64,000 nucleotides of DNA from Chamaesiphon sp. (GTDB lineage Bacteria > Cyanobacteriota > Cyanobacteriia > Cyanobacteriales > Chamaesiphonaceae). Shown piece by piece: positions 1 through 11,038 of this stretch. The DNA is taken from positions 13,893-77,892 of the forward strand of contig CBDFFH010000035.1 of assembly GCA_965246715.1 (NCBI GenBank), read 5' to 3'. The notes under the pieces are model-generated. The model ran no database searches. It saw only the letters and a list, made by a program, of their open reading frames with translations, and was not told where the DNA came from. Numbering within the stretch: the first letter of the stretch is position 1; every line of letters starts with the position of its first letter. The position numbers were made by a program, and so were the translations under genes.

Positions 1-1170
1 TTGTTGGGTTTAGCTCTGATTGCGGGGCCATTGGGTAAATGTGCCCAAATTCCCTTCCAATCATGGCTGGATGAAGCAATGGAGGCACCAGTTCCCGCGA
101 CGGTATTGCGGAATGCGGTAGTTGTCGGCGCGGGAGCATTTGTACTGGTGAAATTGGCTCCGGTCATTTCGCTTTCCCCGATTGTTTTAAATTCATTGGT
201 GATTTTAGGAGTCGGTACATCGATTTGTTGTTCGCTAATCGCGATCGCGCAAATCGATATCAAACGGGTAATTTCCTATGCTTTGAGTGCTTATATCGGT
301 TTGGTATTTATTGCCGTTGGTACGCAAAATCTGGATTCTGCTCAATTTATTTTATTCAATGAATCCTTTGGGATGGCATTGTTATATATGAGTGCGGGTT
401 CGATTATTTGGACGAATATCACTCAAGATCTGACTCAACTAGGTGGCTTATGGGCGACTCGTCCACTAACGGCGTTATCGATGTTAGTCGCGATCGGTTC
501 TTTTATCGCACTACCACCATTAGGTGGTTTTTGGGGTTTTCTCCAATTAATCCAAAGTTTATGGGTAGAACAACCTTGGTTGGTAGGCGTAATTCTGATC
601 GTTAATGCCTTGACGGCATTTAGTTTGACGCGATTATTTTGTCGAATCTTTTTGGGAACACCGCAACCGATGGCGCAAAGATCGCCAGAGCCGTTTTGGT
701 TGATTAGTTTGCCCGTAATTTCTTTGGCGGCGCTGATCTGTCATATTCCGATAATTTTGTGGCGAGCGGGTGCGCTGATAGACTCGATCGATTTGGATCT
801 CCAATTGGCTCCGTTGTTATTATGGTCTAGTGTCTTGGGTATTGGATCGAGTGGTCTGATTTATGGCATCGATACGATTGCTAAGCCGATTAAATTACCC
901 GTTCCATTGGTGCAAAACTTTTTTGCTTACGATTTTTATATTCAACGATTTTATCAATTAACGATCGTGTTATTGGTCGCAATTAGTGCGCGGGTTATTA
1001 ATTGGTTCGATCGATATATTGTCGATGGATTGGTAAATTTGGTAGGGATCGGGACGTTGTTTAGCGGTCAGGCTTTGAAATATACGACTTCGGGACAGTC
1101 TCAGCTGTATATATTGTTGGGGTTCTCTGGGGTGGTGTTGTTGGGGTTATTAATGGGGTTATTGGTGTAA
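1..1170 (+). CDS. ndhF3: NAD(P)H-quinone oxidoreductase subunit F, CO2-uptake type (5' end outside window)
   Basis: GKCAQIPFQSWLDEAMEAPVPATVLRN motif of NdhF3/F4; precedes ndhD and cupA. Confidence 0.88.
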   Translation: MLGLALIAGPLGKCAQIPFQSWLDEAMEAPVPATVLRNAVVVGAGAFVLVKLAPVISLSPIVLNSLVILGVGTSICCSLIAIAQIDIKRVISYALSAYIGLVFIAVGTQNLDSAQFILFNESFGMALLYMSAGSIIWTNITQDLTQLGGLWATRPLTALSMLVAIGSFIALPPLGGFWGFLQLIQSLWVEQPWLVGVILIVNALTAFSLTRLFCRIFLGTPQPMAQRSPEPFWLISLPVISLAALICHIPIILWRAGALIDSIDLDLQLAPLLLWSSVLGIGSSGLIYGIDTIAKPIKLPVPLVQNFFAYDFYIQRFYQLTIVLLVAISARVINWFDRYIVDGLVNLVGIGTLFSGQALKYTTSGQSQLYILLGFSGVVLLGLLMGLLV

Positions 1171-1266
1171 TCGAGTCTTTTTTTAACGCAAAGTTCGCAA
1201 AGAAGGCGCGAAGGGCGCGGAGGAATTTGTAGTAGGTATTCGGTGTTTGTCTAGGAGAATTTTGAG

Positions 1267-2685
1267 ATGATGTTGAGTTCGATCGTGTTATTACCTGTAT
1301 TAGGAGCAATTTTAATTGGAATTTTACCGAATTTTAGTCGCTCGATCGCGTTGATAGTTTCGGGGTTGGGTTTGTTAATATCGATCGCGGTGGCGGTGGG
1401 GTTTAATTATCAAGTTGGTGGGTTACAATTTGTCGAGTATTTTACTTGGATCGAGCCGCTGGGTTTGGATTATCATTTAGGAATCGACGGGCTATCTTTA
1501 CCATTGGTAATTCTCAATGCGTTGTTAGTTGTATTATCGGTACAAGCTACGCCCAAAGATGTCGATCGACCGAGATTATTTCATTCGTTACTGTTGTTAG
1601 TCAGTGCGGCAGTTATGGGTGCTTTTTTAGCACAGAACTTACTATTATTCTTCCTGTTCTACGAACTAGAACTAATTCCGCTCTATCTATTAATTGCCAT
1701 CTGGGGTGGCGAAAAACGTGGTTATGCAGCGACTAAATTTCTAATCTATCAAGCTTTGTCAGGACTGATCTTACTTGCTGGCTTCTTAAGTTGGGCGTGG
1801 TTTACAAAAACTGGCAATTTTAACTATGAGGTGTTAGCGGCTACGCGCTTACCAGCTAATTTACAACTGTTACTCGTCAGCGTTATTCTCTTGGGTTTTG
1901 GTATTAAGATGCCCCTGGTACCCTTCCATACTTGGCTCCCCGATGCTTATGTTGAAGCTTCGACACCGATCTCGATGCTATTGGGTGGAATCATCTCTAA
2001 ATTAGGTGCTTACGGTTTACTTCGCTTTGCCTTCGGTTTATTTCCCGATGTCTGGGCGATTGTTGCCCCTTGGCTCGCGGTGATTGCGGTAATTACTGCC
2101 GTCTATGGTAGCCTAATCGCGATCGCGCAAACGGATATCAAAAAAACGATCGCGTATAGTTCAGTCGCCCACTTGAGTTATGTTTTGCTCGCCGCCGCCG
2201 CTGGTACTTCATTGAGTATCTTAGGTGCCGTCTGTCAGATGGTAGCGCATGGTTTAATTCTCGCGCTGATGTTCAACCTTGTCGGCATTATCGAAGCCAA
2301 GACAGGTACACGAGACATTAACAAACTCCAGGGTTTACTCAACCCCAAACGCGGCTTACCGTTTACAGGTGGCGTTCTGATTTTAGCGATGATGGCGAGT
2401 GCTGGGATTCCGGGAATGGTAGGTTTCATCGGTGAATTTCTCTCTTTTCAAGGCAGTTATAGCGTCTTTCCGCTCGCCACCCTCATCTGCATCGCCAGCA
2501 CTGGACTCACCTCCGTCTACTTCGTCATCATTATCAATCGCACCCTGTTCGGTAAACTGCCAAATCTTACCTATTTACCTAAAGTTCTAGATTACGAACG
2601 AATTCCCGCGATCGTACTTACTGCTCTGATTATCTTACTGGGCATTCAACCAAATTGGCTGATTGGGCTAGTGGGGAATGGCTGA
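1267..2685 (+). CDS. ndhD3: NAD(P)H-quinone oxidoreductase subunit D, CO2-uptake type
   Basis: NuoM motifs FYELELIPLY, KMPLVPFHTWLPDAY, IAYSSVAH; operon position. Confidence 0.88.
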   Translation: MMLSSIVLLPVLGAILIGILPNFSRSIALIVSGLGLLISIAVAVGFNYQVGGLQFVEYFTWIEPLGLDYHLGIDGLSLPLVILNALLVVLSVQATPKDVDRPRLFHSLLLLVSAAVMGAFLAQNLLLFFLFYELELIPLYLLIAIWGGEKRGYAATKFLIYQALSGLILLAGFLSWAWFTKTGNFNYEVLAATRLPANLQLLLVSVILLGFGIKMPLVPFHTWLPDAYVEASTPISMLLGGIISKLGAYGLLRFAFGLFPDVWAIVAPWLAVIAVITAVYGSLIAIAQTDIKKTIAYSSVAHLSYVLLAAAAGTSLSILGAVCQMVAHGLILALMFNLVGIIEAKTGTRDINKLQGLLNPKRGLPFTGGVLILAMMASAGIPGMVGFIGEFLSFQGSYSVFPLATLICIASTGLTSVYFVIIINRTLFGKLPNLTYLPKVLDYERIPAIVLTALIILLGIQPNWLIGLVGNG

Positions 2686-2820
2686 ACCCACCCCACCGCT
2701 ACGCGGCACCCCTCCGAGGAGGGGACTTAACCGCCTACAAATAACCTCTTTGCGTCCTCTGCACCTTCTCCGCGTCCTTTGCGTTAAAAAACATTATTAA
2801 AACCATAGTAAAAGCAACCT

Positions 2821-4119
2821 ATGACAACTGCAACTCCGCCCTCACCCACCAAGCTTCCCCCCTCCACGCATCAATTCGCCGAAATCATCCATCGCCTCGA
2901 AGCAGGTGGTGCGATGCTCCCCGACACTCCTGAAAACCTGATGCAAATCATCGGGTTGTACAAAGCTTACGCCGTACCGATGGACTTCTACTGGCGCGAT
3001 TTGCTCTACATCGCCGAGCGAGTATTTATCAATCCCCTTCCTGCCTTCAAATACTTCCTGCCGCAAGAATACATCGATCTCCCCAACCACTATGCGGGAG
3101 ATACCGCAGACTTACGCATCTGGCAAAAAGGTGCAGCCTCCGCCCATCCTGAATTACTCGAATTCATGGAAAATGGACGCACGCGCAACATGCCCAAACT
3201 CTTCCATCACTTATTGCACGATCGCATTAACATGGAATTTGCAGAAGCCTGTATGCAAGCGATGTACTGGCATCGGGGTATGGGCGGACAATTCGATCCG
3301 TACCTAGATACTCCAGAATACAAGCAAAATGCCGATCGAGCGATTAAAGCCTATTTTCAGGGCAATCCGGCGATGTTGGCGCTGTACAAACTTTTCCCCG
3401 ACATGTTTATCGAGCAGGTGCGCGTCATGTCTTACTATTCCAACTTGGGACTGTTTTGGGAAGTAATGGCTCCGGTATTCTTTGAGATGAGCGACTTGTA
3501 TGATGAGGGGAAAATTACCTCTGTCCCCGAAGCGATGAATTTCCTCGTCAATGGGATTTTTGCCGTCGCAGGACGACCGATTTATCACCATGTGTATATT
3601 CGTGGGGAACTGTTTGAAATCATCCCCAAATCCTGCGGCTTTACCTGGCTATACGAAGCGGCTTTACCTTATGTCGAGGCAGTATTCTATCGTACCGCTC
3701 CCTTCCGAGGCACGAAATCTTATAACGCTCAAGCCGAGCAGGTACCTGTCGAGCAAAAAGATTTCCATTATGGGATTTTGTATGCAGATGTAAATCCGGT
3801 CGGCAGTGCGGGGATTCCACCGACATTATTAATGGATGATATGTATCATTTCCTCCCCCAATATTTGGTCGATTATTATCAACACCACTGTCGGGGTAAG
3901 GATGATATGTTGATTCAATTAGGTGTAAGCTTTCAGCGATCGATGTTTTGTGTCACATCGGCTGTAATTCAAGCGCTCCGCACTGCTCTGCTCTATCCGC
4001 TCGACGATACCAACCCCGAACATCTTCAGAAAAACCGCGAATTTTTTGAAGCGCAGATGGACAGGTTCAAACGTCCAGAAGCTTGTTTGCGCGATATTCA
4101 AGACCAGGAGTATCGGTAA
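2821..4119 (+). CDS. cupA: CO2 hydration protein CupA (ChpY)
   Basis: IHRLEAGGAMLPDTPENLMQIIG, AVPMDFYWRDLLY, FRGTKSYNAQA; 432 aa fits CupA. Confidence 0.93.
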   Translation: MTTATPPSPTKLPPSTHQFAEIIHRLEAGGAMLPDTPENLMQIIGLYKAYAVPMDFYWRDLLYIAERVFINPLPAFKYFLPQEYIDLPNHYAGDTADLRIWQKGAASAHPELLEFMENGRTRNMPKLFHHLLHDRINMEFAEACMQAMYWHRGMGGQFDPYLDTPEYKQNADRAIKAYFQGNPAMLALYKLFPDMFIEQVRVMSYYSNLGLFWEVMAPVFFEMSDLYDEGKITSVPEAMNFLVNGIFAVAGRPIYHHVYIRGELFEIIPKSCGFTWLYEAALPYVEAVFYRTAPFRGTKSYNAQAEQVPVEQKDFHYGILYADVNPVGSAGIPPTLLMDDMYHFLPQYLVDYYQHHCRGKDDMLIQLGVSFQRSMFCVTSAVIQALRTALLYPLDDTNPEHLQKNREFFEAQMDRFKRPEACLRDIQDQEYR

Positions 4120-4124
4120 TTATT

Positions 4125-4727
4125 ATGGTGGAATGGATTAATAACTTAATGAGTAGTTTAGGATACTGGGGCATCGGGCTACTGATGTTCTTAGAGAATC
4201 TCTTTCCACCCATTCCTTCCGAGCTAATTATGCCATTAGCTGGCTTTACAGTAGCTCAAGGAAAAATGAATTTTGGTTTGGCCGTTCTTGCTGGTACCGT
4301 TGGCACGATGGCGGGTACCTACGCCTGGTATTATCTGGGACGATTGGTAAATTATCAGCGGTTACAGACTTGGACGGATCGCTATGGCAAATGGATAAGG
4401 GTAACTGCCAAAGATATCGATCGAGTCAATGATTGGTTTAATAAATATGGCACCAAAGCCGTCTTTTTTGGGCGGATGGTACCCGGCATTCGGACGCTGA
4501 TTTCACTGCCAGCAGGGATGAATCAGATGCCTTTTATCTCTTTTACCATTTATTCGACCATCGGCACTTTTATCTGGACGCTAGCCTTGACTGCGGCAGG
4601 ATTTCTATTAGGTGATAATTATGCCTCGATCGAACACTACTTAGCCCCGATTTCCAAACTAGTTTTATTTGGGTTAATCGGCTTATTCGGTTATTGGTTA
4701 TTCAAAAAAATTCGGACAAACAACTAA
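4125..4727 (+). CDS. DedA family membrane protein
   Basis: [18 protein letters not shown] and [21 protein letters not shown] at 4125 just after the cupA stop. Confidence 0.9.
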   Translation: MVEWINNLMSSLGYWGIGLLMFLENLFPPIPSELIMPLAGFTVAQGKMNFGLAVLAGTVGTMAGTYAWYYLGRLVNYQRLQTWTDRYGKWIRVTAKDIDRVNDWFNKYGTKAVFFGRMVPGIRTLISLPAGMNQMPFISFTIYSTIGTFIWTLALTAAGFLLGDNYASIEHYLAPISKLVLFGLIGLFGYWLFKKIRTNN

Positions 4728-4743
4728 TTCAAGTAAAATTATT

Positions 4744-5145
4744 ATGCCAGATATCGTAGACATCGCAGTAAGCAACGACAACTTTAAAACCCTAGTCGCC
4801 GCAGTCCAAGCAGCCGGATTGGTAGATGCCTTAAAGTCCCCAGGGCCATTTACAGTCTTTGCCCCAATTGACGAAGCTTTTGCAAACTTGCCCCCAGGTA
4901 CGGTGCAAACTCTAGTCCAAAATCCCCCACAATTAGCAAGGATTCTCAAGTTTCACGTAGTTGCGGGAAAATATACTAAAGCCGATCTGGCTAAACTTGG
5001 TACTGTTGAATCGCTAGAAGGTTCACCGATCCCAATTAACTGCCAGTCAGCTTTTGAAGTTAAAAACTCTACAGTAATTATGGAAGATATCGAAGCTAGT
5101 AATGGAATAATTCATGTTATCGATCGCGTAATCTTAATGGGTTAA
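4744..5145 (+). CDS. cupS: Fasciclin-domain protein CupS
   Basis: [28 protein letters not shown]...NGIIHVID; follows cupA. Confidence 0.85.
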   Translation: MPDIVDIAVSNDNFKTLVAAVQAAGLVDALKSPGPFTVFAPIDEAFANLPPGTVQTLVQNPPQLARILKFHVVAGKYTKADLAKLGTVESLEGSPIPINCQSAFEVKNSTVIMEDIEASNGIIHVIDRVILMG

Positions 5146-6321
5146 TCCTGGCTCCGCTCCCCGCTCTTTCATCGGTAAGTCTTCATTGATGGCGATGATT
5201 TCTTCCCGCTCGCGCTCGTTAACTCGTTCGAGATAATCGCGAACGATGCTGCCAAATTGCGGATGATAAAAACGATGTAAACTATAATTTGCTGTTGCTG
5301 GAAAACCGCGTCGCTTTTTGTGTCTGCCGCCTGCACCCGGATCGAAAATCTTGATGCCATTTTGGATGCCCCATTCGATCGGCGTATAGTAACAAGCATC
5401 AAAATGCAGACAGTCCACATCTTCACTACTCCCCCAATAGCGACCATAGAGTCGATCGCCTTTAGTAATACAAAAAGACATGCCTACCGGTGTAGTGGGA
5501 TCTTCGCCATGTGCTGTGACAAATACCACCCGATGGCGATAGTTATCAGCCAAGCGATCGAAAAAATCTGGAGTGAGATATTTACTTCCCCACCAACCAA
5601 ATTTGTCGCAAGTATCAGCGTAAAAAGCGTACATCTGCGAAAATAACTCTGGGTTAATGCGATCGCCAGTCACGGTAGTTAACTTCAGCCCGACTTCTTT
5701 GACAGCTTTGCGTTCGCGCTTGATATTGCGCCGTTGGTTGGCATTAAATACGCTGAGATAATCATCGAAAGTCTGAAACTCGCGATCTTGCCAAACGTAA
5801 TTATGATTGATCCAAGTACTATAGCCGCATGCGTTCATTGTCGATTGCCAGGCTGGATCGACATACAAGAAGTGACAGCCAGATAAGCGGTGCAGCTTAC
5901 AAAAATCATCGATCGCGCGCACCATTAACTCTGTAATCGCCGATTCATCCTCACTCGGAGCGATCAGGAACCGATAACCTTCAGCCGGAGTTACCGGAGC
6001 CATCCCCACTAACTTTGGATAGTAGCGAATTCCCATCCGCTGAGCCAGATCTGCCCATTGATTATCGAAAATAAATTCGCCGTAGCTATGCCCCTTTACA
6101 TATAACGGCGCAGCAGCAACTAGTTCCTGCCCTTGCCACACTGTCAGATGGCTCGGTAACCAGCCTGTCTCTGCCGTCACGCTGCCAGAAATCTCCATGT
6201 TATTCAACCACGCCCACTCTAGAAAGGGAGTCTTTAAGGGCATGGCGAGCGCGTCCCAAGCAGCTTGAGGAATCTCGGCTAAATGGTTAATCCAGCGGAT
6301 AGTATAATTCGATCGGGTCAT
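5134..6321 (-). CDS. GNAT/FemAB-like acyltransferase (DUF482 type)
   Basis: [37 protein letters not shown]. Confidence 0.85.
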   Translation of the reverse strand: MTRSNYTIRWINHLAEIPQAAWDALAMPLKTPFLEWAWLNNMEISGSVTAETGWLPSHLTVWQGQELVAAAPLYVKGHSYGEFIFDNQWADLAQRMGIRYYPKLVGMAPVTPAEGYRFLIAPSEDESAITELMVRAIDDFCKLHRLSGCHFLYVDPAWQSTMNACGYSTWINHNYVWQDREFQTFDDYLSVFNANQRRNIKRERKAVKEVGLKLTTVTGDRINPELFSQMYAFYADTCDKFGWWGSKYLTPDFFDRLADNYRHRVVFVTAHGEDPTTPVGMSFCITKGDRLYGRYWGSSEDVDCLHFDACYYTPIEWGIQNGIKIFDPGAGGRHKKRRGFPATANYSLHRFYHPQFGSIVRDYLERVNEREREEIIAINEDLPMKERGAEPGLTH

Positions 6322-6432
6322 ACAGGGTGGCAATAACTTGGCTACTCCTCTCTATATGTAAACCATTTCGATCGAAATTTGTAGCTAACGAAAAATATCG
6401 CTCGATCGGGTCTCAAATAATTTAGATTTCAG

Positions 6433-6663
6433 CTACAATTTTTGCCAAGCTTGAGCGACAATTTGGGTCAGCCATTGGCGTTGGGCGGAGTCGAGCAGGC
6501 TATCGTCAAGGAGGAGTTCGGCGACTACATCATCGAGGGATTTGCCTTGAGCGCGAGAAATGCCGATCGCACCAGCAATTGCAGCAGCGACTAGTTCTTC
6601 ACTGGGTGGGGAGTCTCTAAGTGCGACCAGCTCTTGATGTGTCGCTGGAATTGGATGATCCAT
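6433..6663 (-). CDS. Small conserved cyanobacterial hypothetical protein
   Basis: 76 aa ORF (SEELVAAAIAG...GKSLDDVVAELLLDD) in an otherwise empty gap. Confidence 0.7.
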   Translation of the reverse strand: MDHPIPATHQELVALRDSPPSEELVAAAIAGAIGISRAQGKSLDDVVAELLLDDSLLDSAQRQWLTQIVAQAWQKL

Positions 6664-6893
6664 GGTATTTAACTAAAGTTCGGTCTTAAAATTAGGGAAT
6701 GCGAGCGCCCCGTCCGCGCTCTGGTGAAAAATAGCGAGCGATCCAAAATATTCAGATCCCACTCGATCGATCCCAAGAATTAACATTGAGTTGTAAAATT
6801 TATTTAAGGGTTTATGATAAATTCGGCATAGGGGATCGTAGCATGAGACTCGTTCGTGTCAAGAGTTTTTAGATTATTTTTAATGAATTTCCT

Positions 6894-9023
6894 ATGCAAG
6901 AACTGTTATATATCGAAATACCTACTCCTGAGATCGATCGAGTGCGATCGTGGTTGCAGACTCAATGGCAGCCACAGGTAGGTACGGCAATTATTACGCC
7001 AGCGGGTTTGAGATTACAATTCCCAAAAACTGCTACAGAAGTAACAACTGCCATTCCCGAATTATCAATTTTTGTCTGGTCGCTGCAACGGACTACATAT
7101 CTCAAAATTTTTCGCTGGGCGGAGCGTGCTATCCCCACAGAAAATCGAATCATCAGTGATTTGACAACACGACTGCGCCAAGAATTCCCACCCACTCATC
7201 CCGCACCACCGGAGAGCGATCTGACTCATCAGTCGATTTTTGAGGCGCTTGCGCCGCATTACCCCACGACTGTCAAGTATTTTCAGAAAATGCCCAATGG
7301 GGAAGCCGATCTCAATCGCGTTTATTGGTGGGAAAAACGCTGGCGGGAAGGGGTCAAGAATCCTCAGCAACCCAAGCAAGTATTGTTTCGCACAAATGAA
7401 TCCGAATTACCCGCAGTTCCCACTTCCCAGCCCCAATACGACCTCATCTACATCGGTGGGGCATTAGGAGTCATCCATGCGGCGGTGATGGCAAGGTTGG
7501 GCTATAAAGTGTTGCTCCTCGAACGCTTACCCTTCGGGCGGATGAATCGAGAGTGGAATATTTCTCGCGATGAATTTCAACGTTTAATCGATCTAGATTT
7601 ATTTACGCCAGCTGAGTTTGAAGGAGTCATCGCACGGGAATATATCGATGGGTTTAGTAAGTTTTTTGATGCTTATAATCCGCCCAATTGCAAGGCAAAA
7701 GTCTTGTCTACGCCCAAGGTATTGAATATTTGTCTGGACGCTGAGGCGCTATTGCGAGTCTGTGGTGATAAGTTACGCCAAGCCGGAGGCGACATCTGGG
7801 ATGAGACCGAATTTATCCGCGCGGATATTTCGACGCGCGCAACGGTAATTACTAGCAAGCATTTACCGACAGGCGAAACGCGGATCGTGGCTGGCAGACT
7901 CCTCGTAGACGCGATGGGCACGGCTTCGCCGATCGCGTGGCAGTTGAATGGCGTTCATGCTTTTGATAGTGTCTGTCCGACTGTGGGAGCCGCGATCTCG
8001 AGTGGTTTCGAGCCAGAAGTCTGGGATGCTAAATATGGGGATGTATTATTCAGTCACGGTGATATCTCGCGGGGCCGCCAACTGATTTGGGAGTTATTTC
8101 CAGGTGCTGGCGAAGAGATTACTGTTTATCTATTTCACTATCATCAGGTCGATCCTGAGAATCCAGGTTCGTTACTGGAAATGTATGAAGATTTCTTTAC
8201 GATTTTGCCAGAATATCGCCGCTGCGACATGGATAAGCTCGTGTGGCGCAAGCCGACTTTTGGTTATATTCCGGGGCAATTTACGGTGACTAGTAGCGAT
8301 CGTGTCGTAGCATTCGATCGGACGATCGCGATCGGCGATGCGGCTTCACTCCAATCACCCCTAATCTTCACTGGTTTTGGCTCCCTCGTCCGCAATCTGC
8401 CGCGCTTGACGCACCTGCTCGATACCGCCCTCAAGCACGATCTGCTCGATGCTGACTCGCTCGATCGCATTCGTGCGTATCAGAGTAATGTGGCCGTAAC
8501 TTGGCTATTTTCCAAAGGGATGATGGTACCCACGGGGATGCTATTACCCCCAGCAAGAATTAATGCAACCTTGAATACGTTCTTCGGGCTACTCGCCAAC
8601 GAACCACCAGAAGTTGCCGATACCTTTATCAAAGATCGTACCGATTGGATTACCTTCAATCGCCTCGCGCTCGTCGCTGCCAAGCAAAACCCCGCTTTAT
8701 TATGGTGGATTTGGAAAATTGCAGGAGCCAAGGATATCTTCCGGTGGTTGGGTAGTTACATCATTTTTGGTCTCAATGCGATCGTCAATTTCTTGTTTAG
8801 CCATTGGGTGCCAGCGCTAGCTACCCAAATCCAGCCGTGGTTGGAGGCAAGATCGCCGCGTCTGTGGCTGCGGTTGTTGGCATTTAGTTATAGTCTCAAG
8901 GCTGGTACCCAACCACCGACGGCTCCGCCCAGTGCCCAGATTAGCACGAATAATAAACTAGACTTTTTGCCAGAGTCAGGCATCAATCCTCGCCCCCAAC
9001 CCATCCAGGAAGGTAAGCGCTAA
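6894..9023 (+). CDS. cruA: FAD-dependent oxidoreductase, CruA-type lycopene cyclase
   Basis: YDLIYIGGALG FAD motif, GRMNREWNISR, GDAASLQSPLIFTGFGSLVRN; ~700 aa. Confidence 0.75.
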   Translation: MQELLYIEIPTPEIDRVRSWLQTQWQPQVGTAIITPAGLRLQFPKTATEVTTAIPELSIFVWSLQRTTYLKIFRWAERAIPTENRIISDLTTRLRQEFPPTHPAPPESDLTHQSIFEALAPHYPTTVKYFQKMPNGEADLNRVYWWEKRWREGVKNPQQPKQVLFRTNESELPAVPTSQPQYDLIYIGGALGVIHAAVMARLGYKVLLLERLPFGRMNREWNISRDEFQRLIDLDLFTPAEFEGVIAREYIDGFSKFFDAYNPPNCKAKVLSTPKVLNICLDAEALLRVCGDKLRQAGGDIWDETEFIRADISTRATVITSKHLPTGETRIVAGRLLVDAMGTASPIAWQLNGVHAFDSVCPTVGAAISSGFEPEVWDAKYGDVLFSHGDISRGRQLIWELFPGAGEEITVYLFHYHQVDPENPGSLLEMYEDFFTILPEYRRCDMDKLVWRKPTFGYIPGQFTVTSSDRVVAFDRTIAIGDAASLQSPLIFTGFGSLVRNLPRLTHLLDTALKHDLLDADSLDRIRAYQSNVAVTWLFSKGMMVPTGMLLPPARINATLNTFFGLLANEPPEVADTFIKDRTDWITFNRLALVAAKQNPALLWWIWKIAGAKDIFRWLGSYIIFGLNAIVNFLFSHWVPALATQIQPWLEARSPRLWLRLLAFSYSLKAGTQPPTAPPSAQISTNNKLDFLPESGINPRPQPIQEGKR

Positions 9024-9182
9024 GGGAAAAATCGGTAGAGATATTAACGGTGGAGTGCGCTGCGGATTGGCGATCGATTATTAGACTTCTCTCGAAAGTC
9101 AGGGGATAGCGGATAGGGAATAGGGGCTACTATCGATCCAAACAGCGCTGAAAAAGATTGGGTTTTTACTTTCGCCGGAGGT

Positions 9183-9692
9183 CTATTGTTGCAAACCCAA
9201 GGCAGAGTCATCCGCTGACAGCAACGAGAGAATCTGATAGGGACGTTTGCCCCAATACGAGCCTGGGGCAAAGCTGGCTTCCTTGACTCCCGTACTAGTT
9301 TGAGCGCCGATAAATTTTTTGGCGCGAACGTCAGTGACAATACCCATGTGGGCTGAAGCCCCCCGCACCGAGGGAAAAATAATCAAGTCGCCGACAAGGG
9401 GCGACTTAGTGGGGGAAAAATCTGCATCATTCAGATATTCACTTGCCATCCGATAGTCAAAACCCTCAAAAATCTGACTGTAGACGGCGTACACAAAATG
9501 GGAGCAATCGACACCGTTTTTATCTTTGCCGCCGTAACGATAGCGGGTGCCCGCCCACGATTTGGCTTCAGTGGCAACGGATTGAAGATCCTGGGATGTT
9601 AACACGCCCTCTTCGCCGACCTCTTCACTAGCACGGGCGGGTAGCACACAACAGCAAAATACTAGGGCACAGAGTAAAATTTTTTGGTACAT
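9183..9692 (-). CDS. NlpC/P60 (C40) cell-wall peptidase with signal peptide
   Basis: YRYGGKDKNGVDCSHFV and HMGIV catalytic motifs; likely start MYQKILL at 9692. Confidence 0.85.
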   Translation of the reverse strand: MYQKILLCALVFCCCVLPARASEEVGEEGVLTSQDLQSVATEAKSWAGTRYRYGGKDKNGVDCSHFVYAVYSQIFEGFDYRMASEYLNDADFSPTKSPLVGDLIIFPSVRGASAHMGIVTDVRAKKFIGAQTSTGVKEASFAPGSYWGKRPYQILSLLSADDSALGLQQ

Positions 9693-10080
9693 AAAGATCG
9701 ATTCTCCAACGGAGCGGCAACGCCAATGAGTGGTAAATGACATTTAGACCTAATGCTACAAGGCGAAGACGGTTGCTACCAATCTGCGGTTCCTCAAGCT
9801 TGCTCGGTCGTCGAGTGAGTCCGATGGTGACTCCCTTCTACAGTTAAATTACCCACATTCATCGCTGCATTTACCAATTCATGAATCTCAAATCTGAATC
9901 AGAGCATCGATTTCAATAATTAACACCAGAATGCGTTAGCGAATCGATCGGATTGTACGCTTGGTGGTTGTCGATGGAAATCGATCGAATTTTCGATCGC
10001 GAAAACTTACAAGATCGATCGTATCCACCTGCGTTCTCTCATATAATAGTGAGGGCGCAAACTGAGTCCCGATCGTCACC

Positions 10081-10983
10081 ATGCTGGAGAGTCCGAGCCA
10101 ATCTGTTAAAATCGCGATCGTGGGAGACGTTCACGACGAATGGGAAGATGCCGATGCGATCGCGCTACAGCATCTTGGGGTAGATTTAGTATTATTCGTT
10201 GGCGACTTTGGGAATGAAGCAGTGGAATTGGTCGGTCGGATCGCCGCGCTAGAGTTACCCAAAGCCGCGATCTTCGGCAATCACGATGCTTGGTATACTG
10301 CTAGCGATTGGGGTCGCAGCAAACGGCCATACGACCCGCTGGTAGAAGATCGGGTGCAACAACAAGCCGATCTATTGGGTGTGAGTTGTGTCGGTTATGG
10401 CAAATTAGATTTTCCGCAATTCAACCTGTCGGTAATTGGCAGTCGTCCGTTTAGTTGGGGCGGTTCTGAGTGGAAATATAGCGACTTTTATGAGGAGCGA
10501 TATGGCATCGATAGTTTTGCGGCATCTACGCAGCGGATTGTCGAGATGGCCAGCAGTGCCACCTGCGAACATTTAATTACGATCGGACACAATGGCCCGA
10601 CCGGACTGGGTGAAGAGCCAGAATCAATTTGTGGGAAGGATTGGGGCGAGCCAATCGGCGGTGACTATGGCGATCCGGACTTAGCCGCAGCAATCTCAAT
10701 CCTCCAAGCCCAAGGCAAATCGATTCCCCTAGTGACTTTCGGCCACATGCATCACAAACTCAGGCATACGAAAGAACGGTTGCGACAACCGATCGTCGTG
10801 GCTTCCAATGGAACGGTGTATCTCAATGCAGCCCGCTGTCCGCGAGTGTTATCGACGATCGAACGTACTGTCCGAAATTTTTCCCTGGTAACGATTGTCG
10901 ATGGTAAGGTAACCAAGGCAGGCTTGGTCTGGACGACCGAAAATCATCAAGTAGGGTTGGAAGAAATCTATTTTAAATTATGA
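10081..10983 (+). CDS. Metallophosphoesterase, DevT/TIGR04168-like
   Basis: GDVH, GDFGNE, GNHD, GHNGP, FGHMH motifs. Confidence 0.85.
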   Translation: MLESPSQSVKIAIVGDVHDEWEDADAIALQHLGVDLVLFVGDFGNEAVELVGRIAALELPKAAIFGNHDAWYTASDWGRSKRPYDPLVEDRVQQQADLLGVSCVGYGKLDFPQFNLSVIGSRPFSWGGSEWKYSDFYEERYGIDSFAASTQRIVEMASSATCEHLITIGHNGPTGLGEEPESICGKDWGEPIGGDYGDPDLAAAISILQAQGKSIPLVTFGHMHHKLRHTKERLRQPIVVASNGTVYLNAARCPRVLSTIERTVRNFSLVTIVDGKVTKAGLVWTTENHQVGLEEIYFKL

Positions 10984-11038
10984 GTTATGAATTATGTGGC
11001 GATCGGACACCTACCTATGTGTGCCGACACGTATAATT

